A stretch of 64,000 nt of DNA from a virus (IMGVR_UViG_3300045988_101018:1-64000); one strand, 5' to 3'. Positions 31,201 to 40,689 are shown, counted from the first letter of the stretch. The notes: generated by a model not told the origin, from the letters alone. Program-made: numbers and translations.

Positions 31201-34200
31201 GCTTGGTATAGACGTTGATGCTTCAAAGGAAGATATTAAAAAGCAACTTGATTCAGGCGATCTTACTATTGATGCTACGGTTGATTTGCAAGTTGAAGCA
31301 AATGATACTCTTAATGATATTAAGTTATTGATGGAGCATCAAGCTGGTTTGATTACCGATGACCAACTAAAGATTGGTCTTGAACTAGATACAAGCTCGG
31401 TTGATGATTATACAGAAAAAGAAGCAACTAAGATTGTTAAATTCCTTCCTGAGAATACTGATTTTCTTGATAATCTTGGACTTGATGATGATAAAAAGAA
31501 AGTCGTTGTAGACTTCGTTTCTGACAATGCTGATTTTCTTAATGACCTTGATTTAAAAGATGGCGAGAAAGAGATACTTTTAAAGTATGTTGCAGAGAAT
31601 CCAGATTTACTCAAGGATTTAGATAAAGATCAAAAGAAAATTGCCATAGACTTTGTTGTTAATAATCAAGACATTCTCGATAAACTCGATGATGAGAAAC
31701 AGAGAAAGGTTGTCGTAGACTTTGTTGCTAAAAACGAAGGTATTCTTGATGACCTTAAAACCGATGAAGAAAAAGAAGTTGTTGTAAATTTCATTGCAAA
31801 TAATGAAAGCGTTTTGAACGGGCTTGATGACGAGAAACAAAAGAAAGTAATAATTGACTTTGTTGCTAAGAATCCAAACTTTTTTGACAGTCTTGGACTT
31901 AATGTCGATGAAAAGAAAGTTGCTATAGAATTTGTTGCAAAGAATCAAGACGTTCTTAAAGACCTTGGTTACGATGAAAAACAAGTTGTTGTTAAGCTTG
32001 TTGCAAAAAATCCGGATCTTTTAGATGGGCTTGAAGATACGCAAAAACAGGTTGTTGTTGATTTTGTTAAAAATACAAAAGATATAGATAGTTACACGCC
32101 AGAACAATTAACGTCAATTGTTAATTTTGTTAAAAATTCTAGTGATGTTGATAATTACACTCCAGCCGAGAAGCAAGCAATCGCTAAGTATGCTGTTGAT
32201 GGCGGAGACGTAAATAACTATCAGCCAGCAGACAGAGCTGCAATTGTTAAATTCCTAACTAACTCTGCTGACCCAGATAGTTACACGCCAGAACAAAAGC
32301 AGGCAATTGCAAAATTCTTGAAAGACTCTGGTGAAGTAGATGGGTATCAGCCCGGGCAAAAAGAAGCCATTGCAAGATTTTTAAAAGACAGTTCGCAACC
32401 AGATTCTTATCAGCCAAATGATAAAAATGCAACTGCGTCATATGGTGTTGATAGTTCAAAGGTTGATTCTTATACACCTCCGACAAAAACTGGTGTTGTG
32501 AATTATGTTGCTAATGTAATTGGTTCGGTGGCTGGCAAGGTAAAAGAGATTGTTGGCGGCGGTGTCGCAAATGGCACTGCCCATGCAAACGGAACGGCGT
32601 TTGCGCAAGGTAATTGGGGTACAAAAGAAAATGGCACGGCTCTTATGGGCGAGCTTGGGCAAGAAGTTATTGTAAGAGACGGTCATTTCTTTACGGTTGG
32701 CGATAACGGCGCTGAGTTTGTAAAATATAAAAAAGGCGATATAGTCTTTAATCATAAACAATCTGAGGAATTGTTTAAGAATGGTTATGTTACAAGTGGT
32801 GGTGGTCGCGGCAAAGCCTTGGTATCTGGCACTGCATTTGGTCGTGGTTCTGGCGGCATTGGACGTGCCAATAAAGGCTCCTCTGTAAAGACAAGCTCAT
32901 CTTCCTCTTCTGGTTCAAAGTCTTCTTCCTCATCCTCTTCTAACTCTAACTCAAATTCTAGCGCTAATAAAGAAGCTGAGAAGTTTGAGGAAACTCTTGA
33001 CTGGATTGAGACTGCCTTAGATCGTGTTGAAAGAGCAATTTCAAAACTTGATAAGACCGCCACCAGTACATATAAGAATTGGACTAAGCGCGGTACTGCT
33101 CTCAACGACCAGATTAGTCAAACCAGAAGAGAAATCGACCTACAGAATCAGGCTTATAATCGCTATATTCAGCAAGCGAACTCTGTTGGCCTTGATGCTG
33201 GTTATGCCGCGAAGGTGCGAGACGGTACAATAGACATCGAGAAAATTACAGACGAAGACCTTAATAATAAGATTTCTGAGTATAAGCAGTGGTATGAGAA
33301 AGCGCTAGATTGTTTAGATGCTATTGATGATTTGCGTGAAAGCGAATCCAAACTATATGAGCAGAGATTCGAAAACGTCTCTACTAAGTACGATGGATAT
33401 CTTGGTGTAATTCAACATGAGAAAGACATGCTTGATGAGTTTGTGTCTCAGACCGAGACTGCTGGATATATTACCTCTGGTAAATATTACGATGCAATGT
33501 CTGCCAACGCTAAGAAACAGCAGGAAGAGCTTAAGAAGCAACGTGACGAAATGATTTCTGAGCTTAATAACGCCGTTAATAGTGGCACTATTGAAAAGTA
33601 CGGCGAGTCTTGGTATAACATGGTCAATTCAATTGATGATGTTACTAAGTCCATTGAAGAGTGCAACACTTCACTTCTTGAGTATCAGAAGAATCTTCGT
33701 GAGCTAGATTGGCAAATCTTTGGTTTGGTTCAGGATAAGATTTCTAAGGTTGCCGATGAATCTGAATTCCTGATTAATCTCATGAGCAATAAAAAGCTTT
33801 ATGAGGATAACGGTCAGCTTACCGATGAGGGTATGGCATCTATGGGTCAGTACGGCGTTAAATATAACGTGTATATGGCTCAGGCTGATAAGTATGCTAA
33901 GAAGATTAAAGAACTTCAGGCAGACCTTGCTAAAGACCCATATAATCAGGATATTGCAAATCAGTTACAAGAGTATATCGAAGCTCAGCAGGAAGCCATT
34001 CTTAATGCAGAGGACATGAAGAACTCTATTAAGGACATGGTTTCTGATGGTATTGATAAGGAGCTTGATTCATTACAGAAGCTTATTGATAAGCGCAATG
34101 ATGCTCTTGACGCAGCCAAGGATTTATATGACTATCAGAAAAAGATAAAGGAAAGCACAAAGGATATCGCAAACCTTGAGAAGCAGATGGCTGCATATCA

Positions 34201-35365
34201 GGGTGATGTATCTGAAGAGACTAAGGCTAAGATTCAGCAAATCAAGGTAGACCTTGAAGAAGCTAAGTCTGACTTAGAGGAGACGGAATACGAACAGTAC
34301 ATTTCCGACCAACAAAAGATGCTCGATGATTTATATACTGATTACGAAACCATTCTAAATCAACGTCTTGATGATATTGATGCTCTTATGGCTGATATGA
34401 TTTCTGAGATTAATAACAATGCTTCTACTATTGGAGCCACGATAGAATCTCAGGCTGATAAGGTTGGCTATACTTTGTCTGAGTCTATGAATACAATTTG
34501 GCTTTCTGGTAATGGCAGTATATCAAATGTAATCACAACGTATGGTACGAAATTTGATACGGCTTTGACAACTACCAATACCGCTCTTGGATATATCAAT
34601 ACCAATATCCAGAATATGATTGCACAGCTGAATAAGATTGCTGGTACAAAGATAAAGGCGGCTGGTGCTTCTGCTGCAACGGAGAAGCCAACGCCAAAGC
34701 CCTCTTCTACTCCTACTCAGCAGCAGCAGCAACAACAGCAGAAAAAACAAATAACTGTTGGTGGCACGATTAACGCTGGCGGTGCTAGGATTTACGCAGA
34801 CTCTTATGGCAATGGTGGCGGCAGACAGACATTTGGCAGCGACCCAATCTATACCGTTTTACAGGAACGCAATGGTTATATCTTAACTCGTTGGCACAAG
34901 CTTTCAAGTGGATATACTGGTTGGTTTAAGAAATCTGATGTTAGCGCATACGCACTTGGCGCTAAGAATATCAGAAACAATGAGATGGCTTGGACTCAGG
35001 AAGACGGTTCTGAGATGATTATGCGCCCATCTGACGGAGCTATCTTGACTCCTCTTGCTAAGAATGATAGCGTGCTTACATCTGCTGCAAGCTCTAATAT
35101 CTGGAATATGGCAAACAATCCATCTGACTTTATCAAAGACAATCTTAATTTTGATAAGATTGATACTGGTGCTAATGTTGGAAACAAGACAACATACACT
35201 CAGAATCTTGACAAGGTTGTATTCAATCTGCCTAATGTCAAGAATTATGACGAACTGCTTAAGTCTATGCAGCATGATAAGAATTTTGAGCGTCTTATTA
35301 TGGCTATGACAATTGACCCCCTTGCAGGTAAGAGCAGCTTAGCAAAGGGCAAGGCGATTCGTTAA
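25229..35365 (+). CDS. Tail tape-measure protein, 3378 aa
   Basis: By far the largest ORF. Lies between the chaperone genes and Dit. Extended helical A/E/K-rich regions and internal tandem repeats. RBS GTGAGGTG with ATG at 25229. Confidence 0.65.
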   Translation: MAEEFKVKVGVEVDTAGLDAQIAKIKPSNKIKCDVELNDASVQHIVDQLNNGIKAFGKNGNEIKFTADVTGLKKDVASAVKGVTGKSAANNIKVNADTGNAKKELSGLTAVIEKSENGFEKLRSQLAGMKFNNSSIDAFMKELENSLVTVEKVDASFKDDHTFTLTVKGADEAEKKIQAVITAKEKLDEEGNSTGVWNTSTKVSHNLYDRAAEEKKAAAAAKQAAAEEAAAVKQAKAEEAAAAKQAAAQAKAAAQEQAAAEKQVAEAARQAAKEQAAAAQIAANAATQRQKLIDTYKAEKQSKVDVDSKYNKINNPSEALTRAYKSYKGAKKNLFDTKNFADDVVAVNQYNAALETVKNQLSIVANKERDAAAAAKAEAAAQKEAAAAMQLRAKANNLSMSMDVWLQKNSKAANTFGSQIRSLQMELKSCDATRLSGIRSEFKTLTMQAESTGKTGMSMGDRLKTQFTKLSSYFGAASVIMTGIQAVKEGFQNVLDVDTKLTELYRVTDFTSSQYSDVYDTLTTSAQKYGATLTDLISQTADWSRAGFNDPDTAAGLAEVTSIYQHIADLDADTSMENLLTAYKGFENELKEAYGNDADAAAMHIADIYNEIDNNYATTAADIGEAVKRSASALSLAGNTLEETAGMVTGITEVTQDPEKAGNSLKVLSMRLRGMKGELQDLGEETDENVENLSQMQGKVFNLTHGNVNIFDNAGDFKSTYEIMQGIADVYDDLTDTDKADLLETIAGKNRANEVAALIQNWDRVAQATESAENSAGSAMAEQEKYANSLQGRLNSLTSSLQTISNTALDSGFLKGLVSGATEAINILNKLIDTFGVIPTVVGAASVAMGVSGKGIFKTIKDETGKSQIKLNGWAKNIATSVKNVFSGISQVFGEVFDKINTKSQDGGKIFNFNTTKIKGAYGGMSFVNGLDNDISKLKEFKTLMKSLQDGANGGQINVGTAIEQSMSGASNAAKEFAKSWDLSNEALGEFSKKQLEATGVISKTSSSMTNARNIISAYNNLVDKTGQTQSKFASAISTFNPQLGNYLSGLKNGEASLAGYTVALGKAAVKTVLLQGLTLALNAALTMSISMLVSAGVSALMSWINRADELADKVKDVTTEYNNQKKELKDTKATINEVADSYAELSKGVDTSTNENINLDTDEYQKYLDVVNQIGDTFPSLISGYDAQGNAILTCAGNVDKLTEAYNKLAKANNDKILNNADDITEDFKNKSKDIFNDDKWKKNSVTGADNRYRIYKKFKDLTESKNIDKAVDGLSAASLVGVTDLLGAYGKKYDENGKETKQEFISRTIKENEDVVNEIITGTEASLKEASSGMVDIAEAALSNAFISGKYKNISSKMQDYINGITSNMDYEFFNNDRIKGSADNLEDYINDMLNTINSLDDGQQKKFEIFFDMKSKLNNGDCTVGEYVKSVNDVKNVIKNSGLDKDMQYQLQMSLGIKDDDTVKQVKDFKKKLINAGKSEDVANEIVNGLTKTELEAAVSLKLKLKDMNVNDIKKAIADEAKYLEAMDFDIDIAGETDSLDKFNSALAESKSATGLTADSIDALKSRYQGLKGAGYDAAKLFEETSNGVRLNTQEYTKLEQAYAQGKLKDATSNLKYLRDKYNDLTGQIATCTDAEERANLVSKQEDIRQKINDLGELAAQYEGLASKYNAWQNAESAGSDRDMYENVLKGFEEVDDELSRGWLDDASKAFIDMFSYDQLNSIDDYTNRWKTLGNTIDGTTYSVKDFFTQNKDGESTNDGVYNFLEAVDQLGQGNIKRGENGEIISFDFGVNGEEAIAKTMGISKELVQIIERAAEDAGFVINMDGTYTNFADLQKAAVESNKKINELAQSSEKLKKLGLDNYTFHFDSTDAETVFNDLNKAKEMLDTFRRDDGTIGLSVDGAQDALNIASTLQAAYDKLADPVYMQLDASQVDDSMKKPLQLMQEYRTQQKKLNQMKLQGVDTSEVDKSMSDIVDKIAKLDDDTKVKLGIDVDASKEDIKKQLDSGDLTIDATVDLQVEANDTLNDIKLLMEHQAGLITDDQLKIGLELDTSSVDDYTEKEATKIVKFLPENTDFLDNLGLDDDKKKVVVDFVSDNADFLNDLDLKDGEKEILLKYVAENPDLLKDLDKDQKKIAIDFVVNNQDILDKLDDEKQRKVVVDFVAKNEGILDDLKTDEEKEVVVNFIANNESVLNGLDDEKQKKVIIDFVAKNPNFFDSLGLNVDEKKVAIEFVAKNQDVLKDLGYDEKQVVVKLVAKNPDLLDGLEDTQKQVVVDFVKNTKDIDSYTPEQLTSIVNFVKNSSDVDNYTPAEKQAIAKYAVDGGDVNNYQPADRAAIVKFLTNSADPDSYTPEQKQAIAKFLKDSGEVDGYQPGQKEAIARFLKDSSQPDSYQPNDKNATASYGVDSSKVDSYTPPTKTGVVNYVANVIGSVAGKVKEIVGGGVANGTAHANGTAFAQGNWGTKENGTALMGELGQEVIVRDGHFFTVGDNGAEFVKYKKGDIVFNHKQSEELFKNGYVTSGGGRGKALVSGTAFGRGSGGIGRANKGSSVKTSSSSSSGSKSSSSSSSNSNSNSSANKEAEKFEETLDWIETALDRVERAISKLDKTATSTYKNWTKRGTALNDQISQTRREIDLQNQAYNRYIQQANSVGLDAGYAAKVRDGTIDIEKITDEDLNNKISEYKQWYEKALDCLDAIDDLRESESKLYEQRFENVSTKYDGYLGVIQHEKDMLDEFVSQTETAGYITSGKYYDAMSANAKKQQEELKKQRDEMISELNNAVNSGTIEKYGESWYNMVNSIDDVTKSIEECNTSLLEYQKNLRELDWQIFGLVQDKISKVADESEFLINLMSNKKLYEDNGQLTDEGMASMGQYGVKYNVYMAQADKYAKKIKELQADLAKDPYNQDIANQLQEYIEAQQEAILNAEDMKNSIKDMVSDGIDKELDSLQKLIDKRNDALDAAKDLYDYQKKIKESTKDIANLEKQMAAYQGDVSEETKAKIQQIKVDLEEAKSDLEETEYEQYISDQQKMLDDLYTDYETILNQRLDDIDALMADMISEINNNASTIGATIESQADKVGYTLSESMNTIWLSGNGSISNVITTYGTKFDTALTTTNTALGYINTNIQNMIAQLNKIAGTKIKAAGASAATEKPTPKPSSTPTQQQQQQQQKKQITVGGTINAGGARIYADSYGNGGGRQTFGSDPIYTVLQERNGYILTRWHKLSSGYTGWFKKSDVSAYALGAKNIRNNEMAWTQEDGSEMIMRPSDGAILTPLAKNDSVLTSAASSNIWNMANNPSDFIKDNLNFDKIDTGANVGNKTTYTQNLDKVVFNLPNVKNYDELLKSMQHDKNFERLIMAMTIDPLAGKSSLAKGKAIR
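25860..26100 (+). repeat. Low-complexity GCT/GCC/AAG/GAA-rich DNA encoding an (A/E/K/Q)n helix
   Basis: AAAKQAAAEEAAAVKQAKAEEAAAAKQ... Confidence 0.6.
31440..32470 (+). repeat. Roughly 20 tandem units of about 51 bp encoding 17-aa repeats (xxDEKxxVVVDFVAKNxDxLxxL, then ...DSYTPEQKQAIAKFLK...)
   Basis: Periodicity visible in the translation of the tape-measure protein. Confidence 0.6.
34722..34745 (+). repeat. (CAG/CAA)8 tract encoding poly-Q inside the tape-measure protein
   Basis: 'cagcagcagcagcaacaacagcag'. Confidence 0.7.
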
Positions 35366-35415
35366 TCCCCGAAGGCTACGGGTCGGCTTAGCCGAAGAAT
35401 ATAGCCTACTTGTTG

Positions 35416-35456
35416 AGTGGGGAGTGATTTATATTCACTCCCCTTCTCTTTGTTTG
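35416..35456 (+). terminator. Terminator: AGTGGGGAGTGA-tttatat-TCACTCCCC followed by a T-rich tail
   Basis: 12-bp stem after the tape-measure stop codon. Confidence 0.55.
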
Positions 35457-35471
35457 AAACGAGGTAGAAGT

Positions 35472-35774
35472 ATGAATACTGGAAAAAGAAATAGAAAATC
35501 GAATATTAAAAGTAGAATTATTGAGAGACAGACAAATGAAATTGAATCTCTCAAGAAAAGAATCTCCGAGCTTGAAATAGATTGCAATGAGAAGGATGAA
35601 TTAATTAACTCTGTAGATTCTCTTCGCATTGAAATGGAACAAATCGTTGAAGACCTTAAGAATAAAGGCGAGGTATATGACAGGCTTGTCGGAGAATTAA
35701 CTGAAATGAAGAAGATTATGAATGAAGAGGTCTTTAAGGGTAGATGGAATATCATTCGTTTTCTTTTAAAATAA
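35472..35774 (+). CDS. Small basic coiled-coil protein of about 100 aa
   Basis: RBS GAGGTAG. Heptad-like 'EIESLKKRISELEIDCNEKDEL'. Confidence 0.35.
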   Translation: MNTGKRNRKSNIKSRIIERQTNEIESLKKRISELEIDCNEKDELINSVDSLRIEMEQIVEDLKNKGEVYDRLVGELTEMKKIMNEEVFKGRWNIIRFLLK

Positions 35775-35804
35775 ATATAACTTCGAGCGATTGGAGGTGT
35801 GTCG

Positions 35805-36602
35805 GTGAAAGCATATGACTTTGAATACGATGGTGTCAAGCTGAGCGATCTTGGGTTTATTATTTGCAAGTTTGATTCAAGCGATGTCGATACAATAGAT
35901 AATGGTTCACAGATAACTTTTAATACTGTGCCGACCTTGAACGGAATGAAGCACGAATTAACGAGTTCTACATATGAAGATTGCCTTAATACGACTTTTC
36001 AGATATGTAAGAACAAGTGCGATTCCAATCAAACCGATACAGTTTCATTCGATGAGATGCGCAACATCATGTCTTGGTTGAACAGAAAAGGCTTCCATAA
36101 ATTTAGATTACTTGACGATGAATATTCGGGTGTCTATTTTGAAGCTTCATTCAATGTAAGCAGAATTGAAGTTAACGGTATGATTTATGGGTTTGAGCTT
36201 GAGATGTTTACCAATAGACCGTTTGCCATAAGAGAGCCTGTTGTCACTACAATTAAGAATGGTTCAAATAACGGTATAAATGTTATCTACAATGAATCTG
36301 ATGAAGAAGGTTGCATTTATCCCGATATGGAAATCACCATAGAAAAAGACGGTGATTTTATAATGAAGAATTCTTTTAATAATAGAGTGATGAGAATTGC
36401 AAATTGTAAAACAGGAGAAGTTATCAAAGTGTCATATCCAGTGATTAGCTCTTCTTTGGATTCTCATAAGATACAGAACGATTTCAACTGGTCTTTCTTC
36501 AGATTGGAGAATACATTTAGAGACAAAAAGAATAAAATAACGTTGTCTCTACCGTGTGTCGTTAGGATAGCTTATTCGCCTATAGTTAAGGTTACTATAT
36601 AA
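35805..36602 (+). CDS. Distal tail protein (Dit) candidate
   Basis: Immediately downstream of the tape-measure gene. Size and position only. Confidence 0.4.
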   Translation: MKAYDFEYDGVKLSDLGFIICKFDSSDVDTIDNGSQITFNTVPTLNGMKHELTSSTYEDCLNTTFQICKNKCDSNQTDTVSFDEMRNIMSWLNRKGFHKFRLLDDEYSGVYFEASFNVSRIEVNGMIYGFELEMFTNRPFAIREPVVTTIKNGSNNGINVIYNESDEEGCIYPDMEITIEKDGDFIMKNSFNNRVMRIANCKTGEVIKVSYPVISSSLDSHKIQNDFNWSFFRLENTFRDKKNKITLSLPCVVRIAYSPIVKVTI

Positions 36603-36616
36603 TTGGGGTGGTTTAT

Positions 36617-39600
36617 ATGGCTATAAAGATTGACTTTGATGCTGCTCATAATCCACAACCACCAACGATTATATTGGCAAAAAAGAATGGCGATAAACTT
36701 GGTCGAATAGATTCTGTTGAGATAGAATCAACTGATTCGATGAATGACGCTGCTGAGATATCGTTCAAAGTATATAAAACAGTAGATGAAAATAAGAATA
36801 ATCTGTGGGATGAGATTATCAATTTTAGGCTTATATATTGTTTAGAGTGGAATCAATGGTTTGAGATTACAGTTGAGACAGATGAAGATACAAAAACAGT
36901 CAAAACTGTGACTGGTACTAATCTTGGATGTGCCGAGCTGTCTCAAATCATGCTGTATGATATTGAAATTAACACTGAAGACGATATCGCAAGAGAAGAT
37001 TATGATAAAGACCATCCGACTATTTTCTATAATCCAGATAGACCAAGCTCCTCTCTTTTACATAGGCTGATGGAAAAGGCTCCGCACTATACAATAGGGC
37101 ATGTTGATTCTACAATTGCAAAGATTCAAAGAACGTTTTCTTTTGATGATAAATCTATATATGATGCTTTCCAAGATGTTGCAGAAGAAATTAAATGCCT
37201 GTTTGTGTTTGATGTTAATGCAGATAAGTATGGTAATTTAAATAGATCCGTTTCTGTTTACGACCTTGAATCAAATTGTCATGAATGTGGGTACAGAGGT
37301 GAGTATACAGATATATGTCCTAAGTGCGGTAGCGCCGATATTGATGAAGGATATGGCGAAGATACGACTATATTTGTAACGTCTGATGAGATTGCTGATA
37401 GCATTAACATGTCATTTGATACCGACTCTATCAAGAATTGTTTCAAGCTTGAGGGCGGAGACGATTTGATGACAGCCACTATTAGAAACTGCAATCCTAA
37501 TGGCAGTGATTATATCTGGTATATTTCTGACGATACTAAATATGACATGTCAAATGAGCTTGTTAGGGCTATTGATTCTTACAATAAACTATATAAAGAA
37601 TATCAGAGTGATTATGTTTATTTAAGCAATCAAGAAGATATCGTTAATAGATATAATTCTCTTGTAAGCAAATATAGCTCTAAAAGCATATATATAAAAT
37701 CATCTGCTGATGAAAGGCTGTTCAGTTCAAAAAACGAACATCTTGCAATTAAAAAAGAAGTCGGATACAACAACGACATCCAAGAGATTGAGTTGCCAGT
37801 AAAGGGCTATCCTGCTTTGATGAATGCTTATTACAATACAATTGATTTAGGACTGTATCTCACAAGCGGGTTGATGCCGACTGTTGAGATGAGCGATACC
37901 AATGCCGAGAAGGAAGCGGCAAAACTTACGGCTGCAAATCTCTCTCCTGTTGCAGTTGAAAAGATAGATAACATATCTGTCGCTACTGCCGATAGCGTTG
38001 TTTTGTCTATGGCAAAGGTAGTTGTTGATTCTACTAGGTATAGGGTCAAAGTACATGATGGCTCTACTCTTTCTGGTTCAAAGCCAGATCCAACAAGAAT
38101 ATGGACTGGTTGTTTTGATGTAATCAATTATTCTGATGAAGAAGATAAGTTTACAAGCAAAGAAATAAGCGTAACGATAAATAGCGACTATGAAACTTTT
38201 ATCAAGCAAAAGATTGACAAAACTCTTGCAAAGGAAGATAGCGAGAACAAATATGGAATTTCTGAATTATTTGATATTGACGGCTCGTTGGATGATTTTA
38301 AAAAGGAATTGCAAAAGTATTGTCTAAATAGACTCATTTCTTTCCATGATGCTTGCCAGAGCTGTATAGATATCCTTGTAGAGCAAGGTGTAAATGAAGG
38401 CTCTTCGTGGTCTAAAGAGTTATATGATAAGCTTTACACTCCATATATCGACAGAATGAATGCCATTGAAAAAGAGATGAAGACACGTCAAGATGAGATT
38501 TATCTAATATCTGGTAGACGTGATGACGATGGAGAATTAAAAGAATATGGTTTGCAGAATTATATTATCAAGGAAAAGGATAAGACGCAAGACATCCTTA
38601 ACTTCCAGCAGTATTTAACGAATTATAATGCTGGCGGCGCTAATCTGTGGCTTGAATTCTGCTCGTTCCGCAGAGAAGACAAATACTCTAATGAAAATTA
38701 TATTTCAGACGGTCTTAACAATGCCGAGTTGTTTGAGAAGGCAAACGAATTTATCAGCGTTGCCAACGATGAAATATATAAGTCTTCTGAATTGCAGACT
38801 ACAATCAGTGCAGACCTAAAGAATCTTTTGCTCATCGATAAATTTGCACCAATTGTTGATGATTTTGCTATTGGCAATTGGATTAGAGTTATGATTGATG
38901 ATAAGTTATACAAGCTTAGATTGATTGAATATACCGTAGATTATGATGACTTAGACAATATCTCGGTTGAATTCTCTGATGCGGTGCGTGTTAAAAGCAC
39001 CGTGAAGAGTATTAAGGGCGTAATAGATCAAGCTTCTTCAATGGCTACATCTTATAGCTATGTGCAAAGACAGGCTAAACAGGGTGAAAAAGGAACTACT
39101 GTTGTAAATAACTGGATTGACAATGGTCTTGATGTGACTCACACAAAGATTGTCGGCGGTTCTGATAATCAGACACAATCATGGGACAATCATGGTATGC
39201 TGTTTAGAAAGTTTGATGAAGTGTCAAATAACTATGAGCCTACGCAGATGAAGATTATCAATTCAACGATTGCTATTACCGATGATAATTGGAATACGAC
39301 AAAAACGGCTATAGGCAAATACTATTATACCGATCCCGACACTGGCGATACAGTGAGCGCCTATGGTATCAATGGCGAAACAATTATCGGTAAGTTGTTC
39401 TTAGGTAAGAATATTGAACTTCAGAATGATGCTGGAACATTGATATTCAATGAAAATGGACTAGAGGTAAGTCACGGTAAAAACAAGGTGTCTATCAGCC
39501 CCAGTAACAAAGAAGTCATCAATATTACCAGCGACAAAGATTCTGTATTTAACGTTAATGACGAAGGCAGGCTCTACATCAGCGGCGATATTATGGCTCG

Positions 39601-39979
39601 AAGCTTAGAGCTTGATACTGGTGTTAAGATTGACTCTGGCGTTATCGTCAACTTGGCAAAGGTTGCCACGTCTGGTAGCTATACTGCTTTGATTGGCGAT
39701 AAGTCTAAAAGCGGTCAAGTGCTGTCTCTTGATGAGAATGATAAAGTAGTTGCAAAACAATTGAGTTGCAATGATTTGTCTGACTTGGCATCTGTTGCTA
39801 AGTCTGGAAGCTATAATGATTTAAAAGATAAGCCATCGTTAAAGTCGGTTGCTACTTCTGGAAAGTATACTGATTTGACTGGTAGTAGTTCTGAAGCTGG
39901 TAAATTATTATATGTTGATGCAGACGGTTCTGTGACTACGATTACAATAGATAAGCTGAAAGAGCTTTTGGGTATATAA
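36617..39979 (+). CDS. Tail-associated lysin or baseplate hub (Tal) candidate with an inserted Cys4 zinc ribbon and C-terminal fibre-like repeats
   Basis: 1121 aa, follows Dit. 'CHECGYRGEYTDICPKCGS' zinc ribbon. Confidence 0.4.
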   Translation: MAIKIDFDAAHNPQPPTIILAKKNGDKLGRIDSVEIESTDSMNDAAEISFKVYKTVDENKNNLWDEIINFRLIYCLEWNQWFEITVETDEDTKTVKTVTGTNLGCAELSQIMLYDIEINTEDDIAREDYDKDHPTIFYNPDRPSSSLLHRLMEKAPHYTIGHVDSTIAKIQRTFSFDDKSIYDAFQDVAEEIKCLFVFDVNADKYGNLNRSVSVYDLESNCHECGYRGEYTDICPKCGSADIDEGYGEDTTIFVTSDEIADSINMSFDTDSIKNCFKLEGGDDLMTATIRNCNPNGSDYIWYISDDTKYDMSNELVRAIDSYNKLYKEYQSDYVYLSNQEDIVNRYNSLVSKYSSKSIYIKSSADERLFSSKNEHLAIKKEVGYNNDIQEIELPVKGYPALMNAYYNTIDLGLYLTSGLMPTVEMSDTNAEKEAAKLTAANLSPVAVEKIDNISVATADSVVLSMAKVVVDSTRYRVKVHDGSTLSGSKPDPTRIWTGCFDVINYSDEEDKFTSKEISVTINSDYETFIKQKIDKTLAKEDSENKYGISELFDIDGSLDDFKKELQKYCLNRLISFHDACQSCIDILVEQGVNEGSSWSKELYDKLYTPYIDRMNAIEKEMKTRQDEIYLISGRRDDDGELKEYGLQNYIIKEKDKTQDILNFQQYLTNYNAGGANLWLEFCSFRREDKYSNENYISDGLNNAELFEKANEFISVANDEIYKSSELQTTISADLKNLLLIDKFAPIVDDFAIGNWIRVMIDDKLYKLRLIEYTVDYDDLDNISVEFSDAVRVKSTVKSIKGVIDQASSMATSYSYVQRQAKQGEKGTTVVNNWIDNGLDVTHTKIVGGSDNQTQSWDNHGMLFRKFDEVSNNYEPTQMKIINSTIAITDDNWNTTKTAIGKYYYTDPDTGDTVSAYGINGETIIGKLFLGKNIELQNDAGTLIFNENGLEVSHGKNKVSISPSNKEVINITSDKDSVFNVNDEGRLYISGDIMARSLELDTGVKIDSGVIVNLAKVATSGSYTALIGDKSKSGQVLSLDENDKVVAKQLSCNDLSDLASVAKSGSYNDLKDKPSLKSVATSGKYTDLTGSSSEAGKLLYVDADGSVTTITIDKLKELLGI

Positions 39980-39996
39980 GAATTTGTGGTGATGTT

Positions 39997-40689
39997 GTGA
40001 ATAGGCGTATTAATAAATTAATTGTTATTTTTATCGTTACTGTTTTAGCATCATTTATGATTATGTTTGTTTCTTGTAATAGCGTGAAACAGAATACCGT
40101 TATAGAACATGATGTTGAAACACCGATATTATACGATAGGCCAGCGAAGTATGTTTTTGATGAAAAGCAGGATTTGCAAATGCCTGAACTTCCTACTGGG
40201 TGTGAAGCAACCGCCCTTGGAACACTGTTGCGAATGAACGGCGTAAATGTAACGAAGTTCGATGTCGCCGATGCTATGCCTAAAAGTGACGGAAGCGATT
40301 TCGTATATAGCTTTTGGGGAAATCCATATAGCGCCACAGACGGGTGGGCTTGCATGGCACCGTGTTCTGTGATAACTGCAAATAAATTTTTAAAAGATAC
40401 CAATAAGGTTGCAGTTGAATACACTGGTACAAACTTAACTGACTTAAAGTTCCCGTCTGCTGTATGGGTAACTATGTATTTAAATGACCCGCAGCCGTCA
40501 AACTATGAGTCAAATGGATATAGATTGTTTAGAAATCCACATTGTGTTGTTGTTACCAGAATAGAATTAGATAGCGTATATGTCATAGACCCTCTTGTTG
40601 GCGAGGTTGCGTATCCATTTGAAAGGTTTAATGATGTATATAAAAGGCTTGGATGTCAGGCAGTGTGTATAGAAATAGCAAAGAAATAA
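39997..40689 (+). CDS. Secreted or lipoprotein C39-like cysteine-peptidase-domain protein
   Basis: Signal peptide with lipobox-like 'MIMFVSC'. 'PELPTGCEATALGTLLRMNG' resembles the catalytic-Cys region of C39-like peptidases. Confidence 0.4.
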   Translation: MNRRINKLIVIFIVTVLASFMIMFVSCNSVKQNTVIEHDVETPILYDRPAKYVFDEKQDLQMPELPTGCEATALGTLLRMNGVNVTKFDVADAMPKSDGSDFVYSFWGNPYSATDGWACMAPCSVITANKFLKDTNKVAVEYTGTNLTDLKFPSAVWVTMYLNDPQPSNYESNGYRLFRNPHCVVVTRIELDSVYVIDPLVGEVAYPFERFNDVYKRLGCQAVCIEIAKK

